Positions 1 to 10,536 are shown, counted from the first letter of the stretch. The stretch: 64,000 bases of DNA from Bacteroidia bacterium (GCA_965216465.1 CBDCFW010000006.1:832001-896000); one strand, 5' to 3'. The notes: a model not told the origin generated them from the sequence alone. Program-made: numbers and translations.

Positions 1-61
1 TTTAGTGGTGCAGGTTTTGGGAGGAATTTTGCTGAGCGTGTAGAAAAACTTCCCAAACGTG

Positions 62-805
62 TTATGAATTGCTTGAAATCGCAGCCATGAGGTCAGCTTT
101 TCTTCTAACAGACACATTAATTTCATAGCCATTTGTCAATACACACGTTCCTCCCCTTCCGGCTTCAACCGTTTCAACTTTTGTAGTGTTTACTATAGAT
201 GACCTGTGACACCGCACAAAACTATCAGGAAGAATGTCTTCATAAAATGTAAGAGCCTTAGTACTGATCAATGAGTGATCTTTGAGCAAAATGCGCGTAT
301 AAGAGTTCTCGGATATGAAGGCAAAAATATCGCTGAATTTTATGTTGTTATACGTTCCATTTTGAGGAACCACAATTGTATCATCTCGATTTATAGTTCC
401 AGATAGACGTGTGAAGTTGATATCATCAGTTTCTAAATGTTCTATCGCTCTATCAAGTGATGATAGAAGTTCAGGGATGTGAATTGGTTTTAACACATAG
501 TCAATGGCTGATAATTTGATCGCTTTTATAGCATAATGATCGTAACTGGTTACAAAAATGCTTTGAAACTTTACGTCTTTAACTTGGTCAAATATCTTAA
601 AGCTAAGGCCATCTTTAAGTTGGATATCTAAAAGCAGAATGTTGGGTTGTTTCTGGTTGATTAACTCTACGGCTTCAACAATTGACTGAGCCTCACCTAC
701 TATGTCTAGCTTGTCACTATAGCGCAAAACTATATTTCTAATAAATGCACGGGAATGCAATTCATCTTCAACAATCAGTACAGTATGCTTTTGGTTAGAA
801 GTCAT
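62..805 (-). CDS. LytTR-family two-component response regulator
   Basis: Receiver domain (IVEDE, LLLDIQL, FVTSY, DYVLKP) plus LytTR motif FVRCHRSSIVN. Confidence 0.92.
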   Translation of the reverse strand: MTSNQKHTVLIVEDELHSRAFIRNIVLRYSDKLDIVGEAQSIVEAVELINQKQPNILLLDIQLKDGLSFKIFDQVKDVKFQSIFVTSYDHYAIKAIKLSAIDYVLKPIHIPELLSSLDRAIEHLETDDINFTRLSGTINRDDTIVVPQNGTYNNIKFSDIFAFISENSYTRILLKDHSLISTKALTFYEDILPDSFVRCHRSSIVNTTKVETVEAGRGGTCVLTNGYEINVSVRRKADLMAAISSNS

Positions 806-911
806 CTAAGTATCTCAGATACAATTTAATAACGCAAATTTTTACAAAATAATATTACGGTTGGCAATTCAACCTAAAAATAGTTACTTCGACACTGTTT
901 TTGGTGTATCC

Positions 912-1940
912 ATGAATCTCTTCAAAGGCATATTTTATTTCGTCATTCTCATTATTGGGGCTGTATTGCTTGCTGCACTTTTTGCACCTTCGAGCGAAAC
1001 GGTAAAGCGATCTGTTATCATTGATAAAGACATCAAGCATGTGTTTAATGAAGTGGCGAGCGTTAAGCGTTGGAGTAATTGGGATCCATGGCATGATTTA
1101 GACACTGCACAGGTAAGAAATTTTACCGGAGATTTATCAGCTGGTTCGTACGGATTTGATTGGATCTCAAAAAAAACGGATCTGGGTAAAGGCTATATTG
1201 TATTTAATGAAGTAGTGCCCAATGAAAGTATTTCATTTGATATAAAACTGCTAAGATTTCAGGGAAGCGGACAAATAAAATTTAATACCATTAAGGAAGG
1301 AACCCATGTTGAGTGGTATTTAGATTCAGAACTTTCATATCCTAAAAAACTATTAAATTACTTTTTAAACTTTGAAGTAGGGCCTCAATTTGAGCAAGGT
1401 TTAGCGGGCCTCAAGACTTATCTAGAATCGGAGGAAATTGAAGAACCTACAGTATTTCTTCCTCGGGTAGAAATAGAAACGATTCATGGAATTAGTCATG
1501 CGCTTATTAAGGTCGACGACCTTCCTTGGGCCAATTTAGACCCTTATTTTAAGGAAGTTTACAAGGCAATATATGGTTTTGTTCAAACCAATGGATTAGC
1601 ACCAAAAGGGCCTTCAAGAACGTTCTATTTTGACTGGGACACTACAAATCAGACTACAACAATTGCAGCAGCGGTTCCTGTTTCTGAACTTGCTGAACTG
1701 GATTCTGCTATAGCTATTGAACTAGCAATCGGAAATGCAGAATTAAGAAACAGAAGTATTTCTTACCTTATGAAAGGTAGCTATAACCAATCAGATAAGG
1801 TACACAACGCGTTGCGAGCCTGGTTGCAACAAGAAAATTATAGCATAAACTGGCCAATTCTGGAGGAGTATCTTCTTGGTCCAAATGAGACTGCCGATTC
1901 AACAGCCTACAAGACTAGAATAGTATATCGCTACAATTGA
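912..1940 (+). CDS. Membrane-anchored SRPBCC (polyketide cyclase-like) domain fused to a GyrI-like effector-binding domain
   Basis: N-terminal TM helix, VKRSVII...WSNWDPW SRPBCC pattern, C-terminal GyrI-like (GSYNQSDKVHNALRAW, EEYLLGP). ATG at 912 preferred to TTG at 861. Confidence 0.75.
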   Translation: MNLFKGIFYFVILIIGAVLLAALFAPSSETVKRSVIIDKDIKHVFNEVASVKRWSNWDPWHDLDTAQVRNFTGDLSAGSYGFDWISKKTDLGKGYIVFNEVVPNESISFDIKLLRFQGSGQIKFNTIKEGTHVEWYLDSELSYPKKLLNYFLNFEVGPQFEQGLAGLKTYLESEEIEEPTVFLPRVEIETIHGISHALIKVDDLPWANLDPYFKEVYKAIYGFVQTNGLAPKGPSRTFYFDWDTTNQTTTIAAAVPVSELAELDSAIAIELAIGNAELRNRSISYLMKGSYNQSDKVHNALRAWLQQENYSINWPILEEYLLGPNETADSTAYKTRIVYRYN

Positions 1941-2500
1941 GCCTGAGCTTTTGACTTTTTTGTCCAACTGTATAATCCATAGATAGATAATGCAGTAAAT
2001 ATCGCCATTTGAATACTTAATAGATTTAACTCCTTAAGCTGATAGAGCCAAATGGTATAGATATTAATAATTATCCATAAGCTCCAGGCAATTAGGTATT
2101 TATACAGTTCAAGAAAGGTTGCTATTATAGAGAATATTGTACTAAATGCATCGTAATATGTTTTGTCTGCATTGGTTTTAGACATGGTGTATCCCAAACC
2201 TAAAGTTAAAAGAAGACCACCCGTTAACAGGAGTAGGGCATTACCCCAAGAAATGTGTTTTATATCAAATGATTGTTTAGCATTCTTGCTCCAATATGCA
2301 AATCCATAAAATCCAATTCCGGCATAAAACAGATAAAGCAGTGCTTCAGAATAGTAACCGCTTTCATATACCACAAAAGATTGCACAAATGAACCTACGA
2401 TGCCAAATGGCCAACACCATTTGGTTTCACGAATCAGGAGAACAACAAAAGCTATATTTAAGAGAACGCCGACGAGCTCGGCGATCTGAACTGTGTTCAT
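1931..2500 (-). CDS. pnuC: PnuC-family vitamin (nicotinamide riboside/thiamine-type) transporter
   Basis: Hydrophobic 189 aa; WCWPFGIV, DAFSTIFSIIA, WSLWIIIN, YGLYSW motifs. Confidence 0.85.
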   Translation of the reverse strand: MNTVQIAELVGVLLNIAFVVLLIRETKWCWPFGIVGSFVQSFVVYESGYYSEALLYLFYAGIGFYGFAYWSKNAKQSFDIKHISWGNALLLLTGGLLLTLGLGYTMSKTNADKTYYDAFSTIFSIIATFLELYKYLIAWSLWIIINIYTIWLYQLKELNLLSIQMAIFTALSIYGLYSWTKKSKAQAQL

Positions 2501-2848
2501 TTATTCTTCTTCGTTTTCAGACGATGTTTCAGCATCGCTACTTTCACCAGTATCTGTGCTTTCATCATTGTCACTCATCATTTCTTCAATTTTCACTTTT
2601 GCTTTATGATAAGTGTCACTTGCTGATTCAGCTACCTCTTCAGCGATGTCTTTGGCCTTATCAACAGCATCTTCGGCCATATCTTCTACCTTGTCCATGG
2701 CTTTCTCCACGGCATCTTTAACTTTTTCTGCAACCGGTTCTGCTTTTTCAGCGATGTTTTGTGCGGTTTCTTTTACCTTTTCAGAGGCAGTATCGGCTGC
2801 GTTTTCAGCCTTGCCAAATAAGTTCTTAAAAAAATTGCCAAGTCCCAT
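2501..2848 (-). CDS. Small hydrophilic helical-repeat protein (YtxH/LEA-like)
   Basis: MGLGNFFKNLFG start, A/E/K/D-rich 11-mer-like repeats, upstream TAGATTTG (TAnnTTTG) on the minus strand at 2870-2877. Confidence 0.65.
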   Translation of the reverse strand: MGLGNFFKNLFGKAENAADTASEKVKETAQNIAEKAEPVAEKVKDAVEKAMDKVEDMAEDAVDKAKDIAEEVAESASDTYHKAKVKIEEMMSDNDESTDTGESSDAETSSENEEE

Positions 2849-2877
2849 ATTATTGTTAATTTAGTTTCACAAATCTA

Positions 2878-4152
2878 ATGATTAATAGGAAACGAATATA
2901 CTTGGTTCTTGCCATGTTATCTGTGGTTATGTTCAGTCGTGCTCAGAACAGAGAATTAGCCGGACTTATCATAAATACATTATGCTCTGATGATTTTGCA
3001 GGTAGGGGCTACATTAACAACGGAGATCAAAAAGCGGCTGGTTATATAGCCGAGAGCTTTAAGGAAATTGGACTGCAACCGCTTGAACCTGATTATTTTC
3101 AGCGATTTAACTTGGATGTAAACACAATTCCAGTTGCAGAGATTGAAATCGATGGTAAGGCCTTGCGAGCAGGCTACGATTTTCTCGTAGAGCCATCTTC
3201 AGGGTCTGTAAAAGGAGAGTTTAATGTGTTCTTTGTATCGGAAAAGATGCTTGAATCACCAAAGGTTGAAAAGAAGATAAAACAAGCTATTAAGCGGGGA
3301 ATGGTCCCAGTGATTTCAACATATGACCCCAAAAATGAAGTTATAAAAGCCAACTTAGCAAAGGTTAAAGAATGTACTAGAGATAAGGTGGTTGTTCATT
3401 TGCGAGAAAGCTTAACATGGAGTGTAGGTAGAGTTCAATTAAAGGGATGTGAGATTTGGATGATTGACTCTACGTTTGATCGCTTTGCTACTACGATTGC
3501 GTTTAATATAGAAGCGGAATATATTTCAGGATATCAATCTCAAAACGTTATGGGCTATGTAGAAGGTACAACTCATCCTGATTCATTTATCATCTTTTGC
3601 GGCCATTATGACCACTTAGGCAAGATGGGAGATGCGACCTTTTATGGTGCTAATGATAATGCTAGCGGAATAGCTATTTTAATAGATATGGCTTATTACT
3701 TCGTTCAAAATCCACAGAAATACAGTGTTGCCTTTATAGCCTTTGGTGGAGAAGAAGCAGGCTTAGTCGGTTCATATAATTATGTTAGAAAACCACCATA
3801 CAAGGCACCCCTATCTAGGACAAAATTTGTATTCAACATGGATTTAATGGGCAGCGGGGAAGAAGGAGCAACAATTGTCAACGGTAAAATTTATACGCGT
3901 CAATTTGCTGCGTTTAAAGCTATAAACGACAGTTTGAATTATTTGCCAAAAATTAAGTCGCGTGGTAAAGCGGCAAATAGTGACCATTATTTCTTTTCAG
4001 AAGCAGGTGTACCTTCATTCTTTATCTATTTAATGGGAGAGTATAAGCATTACCACATCCCGCAAGACAATCCTACAAATCTGACTTTAGGCGAGTATTA
4101 CGATAAGAGCTATCTTTTAATTAGAGATTTTATTTTGTATTTAAATCAGTAG
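2878..4152 (+). CDS. Secreted M28-family metallopeptidase
   Basis: Signal peptide; GHYDHLG, GANDNASG, GEEAGLVGS, NMDLMG, SDH and YH motifs. Confidence 0.92.
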   Translation: MINRKRIYLVLAMLSVVMFSRAQNRELAGLIINTLCSDDFAGRGYINNGDQKAAGYIAESFKEIGLQPLEPDYFQRFNLDVNTIPVAEIEIDGKALRAGYDFLVEPSSGSVKGEFNVFFVSEKMLESPKVEKKIKQAIKRGMVPVISTYDPKNEVIKANLAKVKECTRDKVVVHLRESLTWSVGRVQLKGCEIWMIDSTFDRFATTIAFNIEAEYISGYQSQNVMGYVEGTTHPDSFIIFCGHYDHLGKMGDATFYGANDNASGIAILIDMAYYFVQNPQKYSVAFIAFGGEEAGLVGSYNYVRKPPYKAPLSRTKFVFNMDLMGSGEEGATIVNGKIYTRQFAAFKAINDSLNYLPKIKSRGKAANSDHYFFSEAGVPSFFIYLMGEYKHYHIPQDNPTNLTLGEYYDKSYLLIRDFILYLNQ

Positions 4153-4153
4153 T

Positions 4154-5665
4154 ATGTTGTCGTTCATTAATTCATTTATGTCTTGGTATCTTAAGAAAAG
4201 AATACCGACAATTAAGCACATGTTCAACCATGGTGCTGAAGTACAAGACGAAATGTTTAAAACGCTCCTTTCTCAAGCTAAAAAGACTTCGTTTGGGCGT
4301 GATTATAAGTTGAACGAAATTAAAACTTTAGATGAGTATAGAAATAGAGTACCGCTTTTTCACTATGATGACATAAAACCGTATATCCAACGCGTTATGC
4401 ACGGCGAGCAAAAAGTGCTTTGGCCAGGGGAGATTAATTGGTTTGCAAAGTCAAGCGGAACAACTTCTGATAAAAGTAAATTCATACCTGTGAGTTATGA
4501 TGCATTGGAGGATTGTCAGTTTAGAGGCAGTAGAGACATCATTGCATGGTACTACAACTACAATCCAGATGCAAGTATTTTTCAGGGCAAGGGCTTAATT
4601 GTAGGGGGAAGTCATCAAGTAAATGAGCTTTCGCCTAATTCTTATTATGGCGATTTAAGTGCTGTGATGATGAACAATCTTCCATTTATTGCAAATTACC
4701 TCGCTACGCCAAGTATGGATATTGCGTTGATGTCTAACTGGGAAGAGAAACTGGGTAAAATGATTGACTCAACGTACAAGGAAAATGTGACCAACATATC
4801 AGGAGTTCCTTCTTGGACTTTATTGTTACTCAAAGGAATTCTTGAAAAAGCAAAGGCTTCCACAATAAAGGAGGTATGGCCTAATTTAGAGCTATACATA
4901 CATGGCGGCGTTAGCTTTGACCCATACCGAAAGCAATTCAATGATATTATTGGCGACAGTTCAATGCAATATCGAGAAACATACAATGCTTCAGAAGGCT
5001 TCTTTGGCATCCAAGATTCACTCGGTAAAGACATGACTTTAATGTTGGATTATGGCATTTTTTATGAGTTCGTACTTCCGGAAGACCTTGATAAAAAGCA
5101 TCCAAAAAGCTATTGGATTGATGAAGTGGAATTGAACACCAACTACGCTGTGATTCTTAACACCAATGCAGGATTGTGGCGCTATGTGGTTGGCGATACG
5201 ATTAAATTTACAAGCAAGAATCCGTATCGCTTTGTAATAACTGGCCGCACAAAGAGCTTTATAAATGCATTTGGAGAGGAGCTAATGGTTGAGAATGCCG
5301 AGAAAGCGATAACTCAAGCACAATTGGAGTGCGATTGTATTGTAGCGGAATATACTGCTGCTCCAGTTTACATTTCAGATTCAAAGCAAGGCATGCATGA
5401 ATGGGCCATTGAATTTACAAAAGAACCGCAGGATCTAAGTAAATTTGTAGCAGTCTTAGACCAGAATTTACAAAAATGTAATTCTGACTACGAGGCTAAA
5501 AGACAGGGCGACCTTATTCTGCTTCCGCCTAAAGTAAACATTTGCAGCCAAGGAACGTTTTATAAGTGGTTAGATGCATCTGATAAGCTTGGAGGACAGC
5601 ACAAGGTACCTAAACTAAGTAACAGTAGAGAAATTCTAGAAGATATATTAAAGCACAATGTATAG
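4154..5665 (+). CDS. GH3 (auxin-responsive/acyl-acid amido synthetase) family protein
   Basis: AKSSGTT, YNASEGFF, GLWRYVVGD, GGQHKVPKL motifs. Confidence 0.92.
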   Translation: MLSFINSFMSWYLKKRIPTIKHMFNHGAEVQDEMFKTLLSQAKKTSFGRDYKLNEIKTLDEYRNRVPLFHYDDIKPYIQRVMHGEQKVLWPGEINWFAKSSGTTSDKSKFIPVSYDALEDCQFRGSRDIIAWYYNYNPDASIFQGKGLIVGGSHQVNELSPNSYYGDLSAVMMNNLPFIANYLATPSMDIALMSNWEEKLGKMIDSTYKENVTNISGVPSWTLLLLKGILEKAKASTIKEVWPNLELYIHGGVSFDPYRKQFNDIIGDSSMQYRETYNASEGFFGIQDSLGKDMTLMLDYGIFYEFVLPEDLDKKHPKSYWIDEVELNTNYAVILNTNAGLWRYVVGDTIKFTSKNPYRFVITGRTKSFINAFGEELMVENAEKAITQAQLECDCIVAEYTAAPVYISDSKQGMHEWAIEFTKEPQDLSKFVAVLDQNLQKCNSDYEAKRQGDLILLPPKVNICSQGTFYKWLDASDKLGGQHKVPKLSNSREILEDILKHNV

Positions 5666-6356
5666 ATTAAGCATTATAGCAATTGTTTTGACGGCCTTGA
5701 TTATCGGCTGTACAAAATCGAACAGCATTTCTGCGGAGGACTTTCAAATGGCAATTGGCTCAAATTCGGAAGCTGTAGTGATTGATGTTCGCTCACCTGA
5801 AGAGTTTGTAATGGGACACATTGAAGGAGCTCAAAATGTAAGTATTCATAGCAGAGAATTTGATGAAAAAGCCGTTGAACTTGCCGAAAACGGGGAAGTA
5901 TATGTTTACTGCAAGTCGGGGAGTAGAAGCTCAGATGCGGTAAAGAGATTGGCTAAACTTGGGGTAAAAACAACAGAGTTAAATGGAGGACTGCGTGCAT
6001 GGGAACAAGCCGGTTTTGGAATAGAAAGCACAATAGAAAAGGTGAAGACCAAATATAGCCTACAAGAGTACAATGACTTTATTGCGAATCACGAACTGAT
6101 TTTGGTTGACTTTTATGCCGATTGGTGCGGTCCGTGTAAGGCTATGGCTCCACATATTGCGGCAGTGAAAGATGAACATCCTGAGAAATTGACGATACTT
6201 AAAGTTAATACCGACCACAGTCAGGCTATTTCACGTCATTTTAATATTATGGGAATTCCATTGGTGAAAGTTTATCATCAAGGCAAAGAGGTATACGATA
6301 AAACGGGATACCACTCGAAAGAAGAGCTGGAGGCAGTTCTACAATCCTACCTTTAA
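5658..6356 (+). CDS. Lipoprotein with rhodanese and thioredoxin domains
   Basis: Lipobox IIGC; IDVRSPEEF..GHI and YCKSGSRS (rhodanese); DFYADWCGPC (thioredoxin). Confidence 0.88.
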   Translation: MYRLSIIAIVLTALIIGCTKSNSISAEDFQMAIGSNSEAVVIDVRSPEEFVMGHIEGAQNVSIHSREFDEKAVELAENGEVYVYCKSGSRSSDAVKRLAKLGVKTTELNGGLRAWEQAGFGIESTIEKVKTKYSLQEYNDFIANHELILVDFYADWCGPCKAMAPHIAAVKDEHPEKLTILKVNTDHSQAISRHFNIMGIPLVKVYHQGKEVYDKTGYHSKEELEAVLQSYL

Positions 6357-7390
6357 TCTTTCTTTTCTTCTTGCCAACCTTGTGCTTCAATAGGCACTAC
6401 ATTTCCTGATTTGGTAATCAGTTCTTTGCCTTCATGAGCAGCGGTTATGTAACCTATGACCGAAATGTCGGGGTTGTTTTTTATCTTGTCGTATGCTGTT
6501 TGAGGAAGGGTGAATAGCAGTTCATAGTCTTCACCTCCGTTTAAGGCACACATGGTTGGATTAAGGTCAAACTCCAAAGCTGTATCATAAGTCTGCTGAT
6601 CAATAGGCAGTTTTTCCTCGTAAAGTTTAACACCAACTTCTGAATGTTTACAGATATGAAATATCTCACTTGCCAAGCCATCAGAAATATCAATCATAGA
6701 AGAAGGAGTTTCACCTAAGTCAGCGAACATTTCTATAATGTCTTTTCGTGCTTCTGGACGCAGTTGTCGACCTATGATGTAGTCTTTGCCGCTCAGGTCG
6801 GGTTGCATATTACTTTGCTCTAGAAATACTTTTTTCTCTCGCTCAAGAAGCTGTAAACCCATATAGGCACCACCAAGATCGCCCGTGACACAAAGCAATT
6901 CTCCTTCTTTTGCACCGCTTCTTTTGACGATTTCTCCTTGTGCCTTTCCGATTACAGTTACAGAAATTACCAATCCAGTTACTGAGCTGGATGTGTCTCC
7001 TCCGATTAAATCCACCGCATATTTGTCACAAGCTGCCTTTATGCCTTTGTAGATCTCTTCAACAGCTTCTAACGAATATTTGCTAGATAGAGCTATTGAC
7101 ACCAACACTTGTTCTGCAGTACCATTCATAGCACACAGGTCCGAAATGCTTGATGAGATGGTCTTATAGCCTATGTGCATTAAAGGGCTGTATACCAAGT
7201 CAAAATCAACATTTTCGACATACATATCGGTACTAATTAACACTTGGCCATTGGATTCTATAGAAGCGGCATCGTCTCCAACTCCAATTTTCGTTGATGA
7301 ATTAGAAATTGAGAAGTTCTGCGTGAGATGGTCAATCAAACCAAACTCTCCGAGCTTACTGATATCCGTTTTTTCTTTGTTTTCAAACAT
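6353..7390 (-). CDS. thiL: Thiamine-monophosphate kinase
   Basis: LGEFGLI, GVGDDAA, IGGDT, MIDISDGLASE, GGEDYELLFT. Confidence 0.96.
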   Translation of the reverse strand: MFENKEKTDISKLGEFGLIDHLTQNFSISNSSTKIGVGDDAASIESNGQVLISTDMYVENVDFDLVYSPLMHIGYKTISSSISDLCAMNGTAEQVLVSIALSSKYSLEAVEEIYKGIKAACDKYAVDLIGGDTSSSVTGLVISVTVIGKAQGEIVKRSGAKEGELLCVTGDLGGAYMGLQLLEREKKVFLEQSNMQPDLSGKDYIIGRQLRPEARKDIIEMFADLGETPSSMIDISDGLASEIFHICKHSEVGVKLYEEKLPIDQQTYDTALEFDLNPTMCALNGGEDYELLFTLPQTAYDKIKNNPDISVIGYITAAHEGKELITKSGNVVPIEAQGWQEEKKD

Positions 7391-7433
7391 TGCAGCTGCA
7401 AAGGTCTCTTTTTTGATTTAAATTGTCCCGATT

Positions 7434-8120
7434 ATGAGGAAAATATTCGCATCTGTTGGCCAGTTCATTTTCCCCCGACTATGTATTTGCTGCTTGGAAC
7501 CATTGGTTTATACCAGCACATCTATTTGTGATTTTTGCCTAATCAGTCTCGATAAATTTGAGCCTTTTGATAAAGAAGCTTCTCAGCTGGATAAGATGTT
7601 TTGGGGGCGAGTAAACCTGGAAAGAACCGATGCATGGCTGACGTTTGGAAAAGACGATAATGTTCGCCGAATTCTTCATGAAGTCAAATATCGAGGAAAT
7701 GCCAAATTGGGAATTGAAATGGGCAAGTACGCAAGTTTGGCCAAACCTCATCTTTTAGAAGGCATAGACGTTATAGTGCCTGTGCCTCTACATCCTAAGA
7801 AAGAGAAGATTCGTGGTTACAATCAAGCTGAGATTATCGCAAAGGGATTGGTTTCGAATGGTCAGGTAGAAATTAAAAAGCTGCTAAAGCGATCAAGCAA
7901 TACCAAGAGTCAAACTAAACGCTCGAGGTTCGATCGTTATGAGAACATAACAAACCAATTTAGGGTTGAAAGCTCAAATGATATTGAAGGAAAGCACCTA
8001 CTTCTCGTTGATGACGTGATAACCACAGGTGCAACAATTGAAGCTTGTGCTAGAAGCTTGTTGCAACTAAAAGATGTAAGAATTAGTGTGTTTGCTTTGG
8101 CTTGTACTAGTGTACGATGA
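7434..8120 (+). CDS. comF: ComF family protein (zinc ribbon plus PRTase)
   Basis: FPRLCICC...ICDFC, PVPLH, RGYNQA, LLVDDVITTGATI. Confidence 0.9.
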   Translation: MRKIFASVGQFIFPRLCICCLEPLVYTSTSICDFCLISLDKFEPFDKEASQLDKMFWGRVNLERTDAWLTFGKDDNVRRILHEVKYRGNAKLGIEMGKYASLAKPHLLEGIDVIVPVPLHPKKEKIRGYNQAEIIAKGLVSNGQVEIKKLLKRSSNTKSQTKRSRFDRYENITNQFRVESSNDIEGKHLLLVDDVITTGATIEACARSLLQLKDVRISVFALACTSVR

Positions 8121-10536
8121 ACTTGTGTACAAAGATGCCATTGGCATAGATGAAGTAAACTCCAGCTTCAAACTCTTCAACGTTAAATCGAGTTTCAGAA
8201 TTTGAATTGATGGTGAAGTTAGATATTTCTTGTCCGATTGCATTGTGAAGCACAACATCAAAATCATTGAATGTTGTATTGTTGAATAACAACACGTCCT
8301 GAACAGGGTTAGGTCCGATGTTAAGCCCTTCAACATAGCTTGGAATACGGTTATCTCCAGAACTAGCTCCTGTTTCATTTACTTCACTGCATACCGTTTG
8401 CGTAAAGATTGGCTCATCAAATGTTCCTTTTTTATAGCTGAAGTAAATCTTCGCCATATTGCAAACGGTCTCACCTTTTTCAATCATATTAGGTAAGATG
8501 TTTACATTTACATCTATAAAACCAGAAGACAAGTCAGGGTCAATTTCGTGTGAAGCAAGATTGATATCGGTGAAGCTCCAAATTAACTTGGTTTTGTAAT
8601 TACCATTGTCCATTAACTCGTATTGAGACAATACCTCACAGTCGTGGCTTGTGTATGAGTGAATACCTCTATGGCTAATATAGATATCCGTATCTAACTC
8701 ATCTGTTATTTTTAGGTCAAGTGCAGGCATCGATCCTTGATTTGAATAACCGATTTTGTACTGCAATAAATCTTCATTTTTAGCAATATACTTGCCATTT
8801 CCACAATGCTTATCATTAACCAATACTTCTCCTTCTTCGTAAGAAGTAGCATCTGAATTGTTATTGGCATCGGCATCAGTTTCACCCGATCTCAGATTGA
8901 TTACTACATCTAACGTAGAATTTTCAACATTGTTAACGTTATACGTAATATAGAAGCATTGCTGGTCATTAGCATTTAAGTTAACCTTCCAAGTTGCCTT
9001 ATTATTACTGTAGTTTTCGTAAGCAAATTGCGTTGTTAAATCAGAAATGCTTGTACCGTGCTTAAGAATGAGCTCTGCGTCATTAATAGGCTCACTTCCA
9101 CTGTTCTCATAACAAATCATTGCTGTTTTACGATTTTCGTTTCCTATGTTGTAGCTTTTATTGTCTCCAATATGAACTGCAGCATCACGTACTCCAACTT
9201 TTTGATTTACTCCTAGGATAGAGCCATAGTAAGTTTTGTATTCGTCTACGTCTATTTCAACATCTGGGCAAGTAGGTTGCCAATAATCAACGGCAGCAGC
9301 ATTTAAGCTGTGAGCTTCTTTAGATACCGGGAGGTACAGTTGACCAAATTGATCTGTATTCAGAAAATCGATAGATTGGTCAAGAGAAACTGGGAAATTA
9401 GGGAACCATTCTTCATCTTGATCTTTATAACAGTTGCCATTCTTGTCGTGATACACTCGAGTAGCAACTTGAGCTCTGTTCTTGAAAATTTCTCCAATAA
9501 ATTTAATTCTTGCATTGTCTGAAAAATCACCAGAAACTACTACACTTTCTTCTGTGGAATAGAGTTGTTGAATGTCGCTTAAGAACAGGTTTGTTTTGGT
9601 CCATTTGTGACCGTTGTATTCCAAGATGTTAAATTGAGCTTGGCTGATGTGTTCTTCAAATTGACCAACTGCAAATAAGCTTCCATTTACTTCGGCAAAA
9701 TGCGTTATATCTGTAACAGTGAATTCGTCCATGCCTTGCGACATGTCTTGCCACAATGCACCAGCACTTATTTTAACTGTTTCGTTTGAGAAATTAGACT
9801 TACCATAAACTACAATTTCTCCATTGTATTGTCCGGCGGTAATGTTTTCTCCTAAGAAAGGCGGAAATTCCGCAAGTGACCATTCTTTTCCATCCCAAAC
9901 AGCAAGCGAGTTAAGACCTGAAGCGGGATCGGTAAATGCACCTGTTGCATATACTTTATCCTTTGCCACAGCCACGCTACTAAAGTCATCACTGCTTAAG
10001 TTTTTTGTTATCAGGTTACCAGCAAGTTCAAACTGGCCATTATCCAATGTTGCAATGTTGTAATTGCCATTTGCATTGACATATTTACCCACGCACTGCA
10101 CAGTACCGTCTTGAATAACCAATTTATCCAAAGAAGTACTTGTAGCAATGTCAGTGGTAGTTAAATCTTCCCAATTGCCTCCGTTCCACTTTAATATAGA
10201 ATTGGTAGCTGAAGGATTATTCTTGGTTGAATAGGCTGCACATAAATAGATTTCGTTGTTGTGTTCAACGATGTCAACAATTTCGTAGTCACCATTGCCA
10301 TTACTTCCTAGTTTTGGAAGAGAAGGATTTTGAATCTTATACCAAAAGTCGCCGTTCCATACTTGAAGTTCTATGGCTTGGTTTTGGTTTTCATAGGCCA
10401 CGATGATTCCACCATTGAAAGAAGTGATTTTTTGAGGTGCAGCAGGAAGACCGTGCCCCATAGGAGCAAGGATCTGTGCATTAACGCTCAAACCGAAGAA
10501 CAAAGCCAATACGATATGTACGATTCTCTTTTTCAC
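8107..10536 (-). CDS. T9SS-secreted protein: beta-propeller-like N-terminus, Ig-like (DUF11/DUF7619-like) domains, type A CTD
   Basis: Signal peptide ending NAQ; repeated WNG/WDG..W blades; VYHDKNGNCYKD; C-terminal IGPNPVQD...GVYFI...HKFIVH. Confidence 0.8.
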   Translation of the reverse strand: MKKRIVHIVLALFFGLSVNAQILAPMGHGLPAAPQKITSFNGGIIVAYENQNQAIELQVWNGDFWYKIQNPSLPKLGSNGNGDYEIVDIVEHNNEIYLCAAYSTKNNPSATNSILKWNGGNWEDLTTTDIATSTSLDKLVIQDGTVQCVGKYVNANGNYNIATLDNGQFELAGNLITKNLSSDDFSSVAVAKDKVYATGAFTDPASGLNSLAVWDGKEWSLAEFPPFLGENITAGQYNGEIVVYGKSNFSNETVKISAGALWQDMSQGMDEFTVTDITHFAEVNGSLFAVGQFEEHISQAQFNILEYNGHKWTKTNLFLSDIQQLYSTEESVVVSGDFSDNARIKFIGEIFKNRAQVATRVYHDKNGNCYKDQDEEWFPNFPVSLDQSIDFLNTDQFGQLYLPVSKEAHSLNAAAVDYWQPTCPDVEIDVDEYKTYYGSILGVNQKVGVRDAAVHIGDNKSYNIGNENRKTAMICYENSGSEPINDAELILKHGTSISDLTTQFAYENYSNNKATWKVNLNANDQQCFYITYNVNNVENSTLDVVINLRSGETDADANNNSDATSYEEGEVLVNDKHCGNGKYIAKNEDLLQYKIGYSNQGSMPALDLKITDELDTDIYISHRGIHSYTSHDCEVLSQYELMDNGNYKTKLIWSFTDINLASHEIDPDLSSGFIDVNVNILPNMIEKGETVCNMAKIYFSYKKGTFDEPIFTQTVCSEVNETGASSGDNRIPSYVEGLNIGPNPVQDVLLFNNTTFNDFDVVLHNAIGQEISNFTINSNSETRFNVEEFEAGVYFIYANGIFVHKFIVH

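Noticed and set aside
2296-2864. Plus-strand ORFs of 141 and 83 aa, and similar short overlapping ORFs across the window
   Set aside because: They lie antisense or out of frame to well-supported genes and have no recognisable motifs.
1931-7390. pnuC and thiL as a thiamine salvage regulon with a TPP riboswitch
   Set aside because: The genes are separated by an opposite-strand operon, and I found no TPP aptamer consensus or room for one upstream of either.
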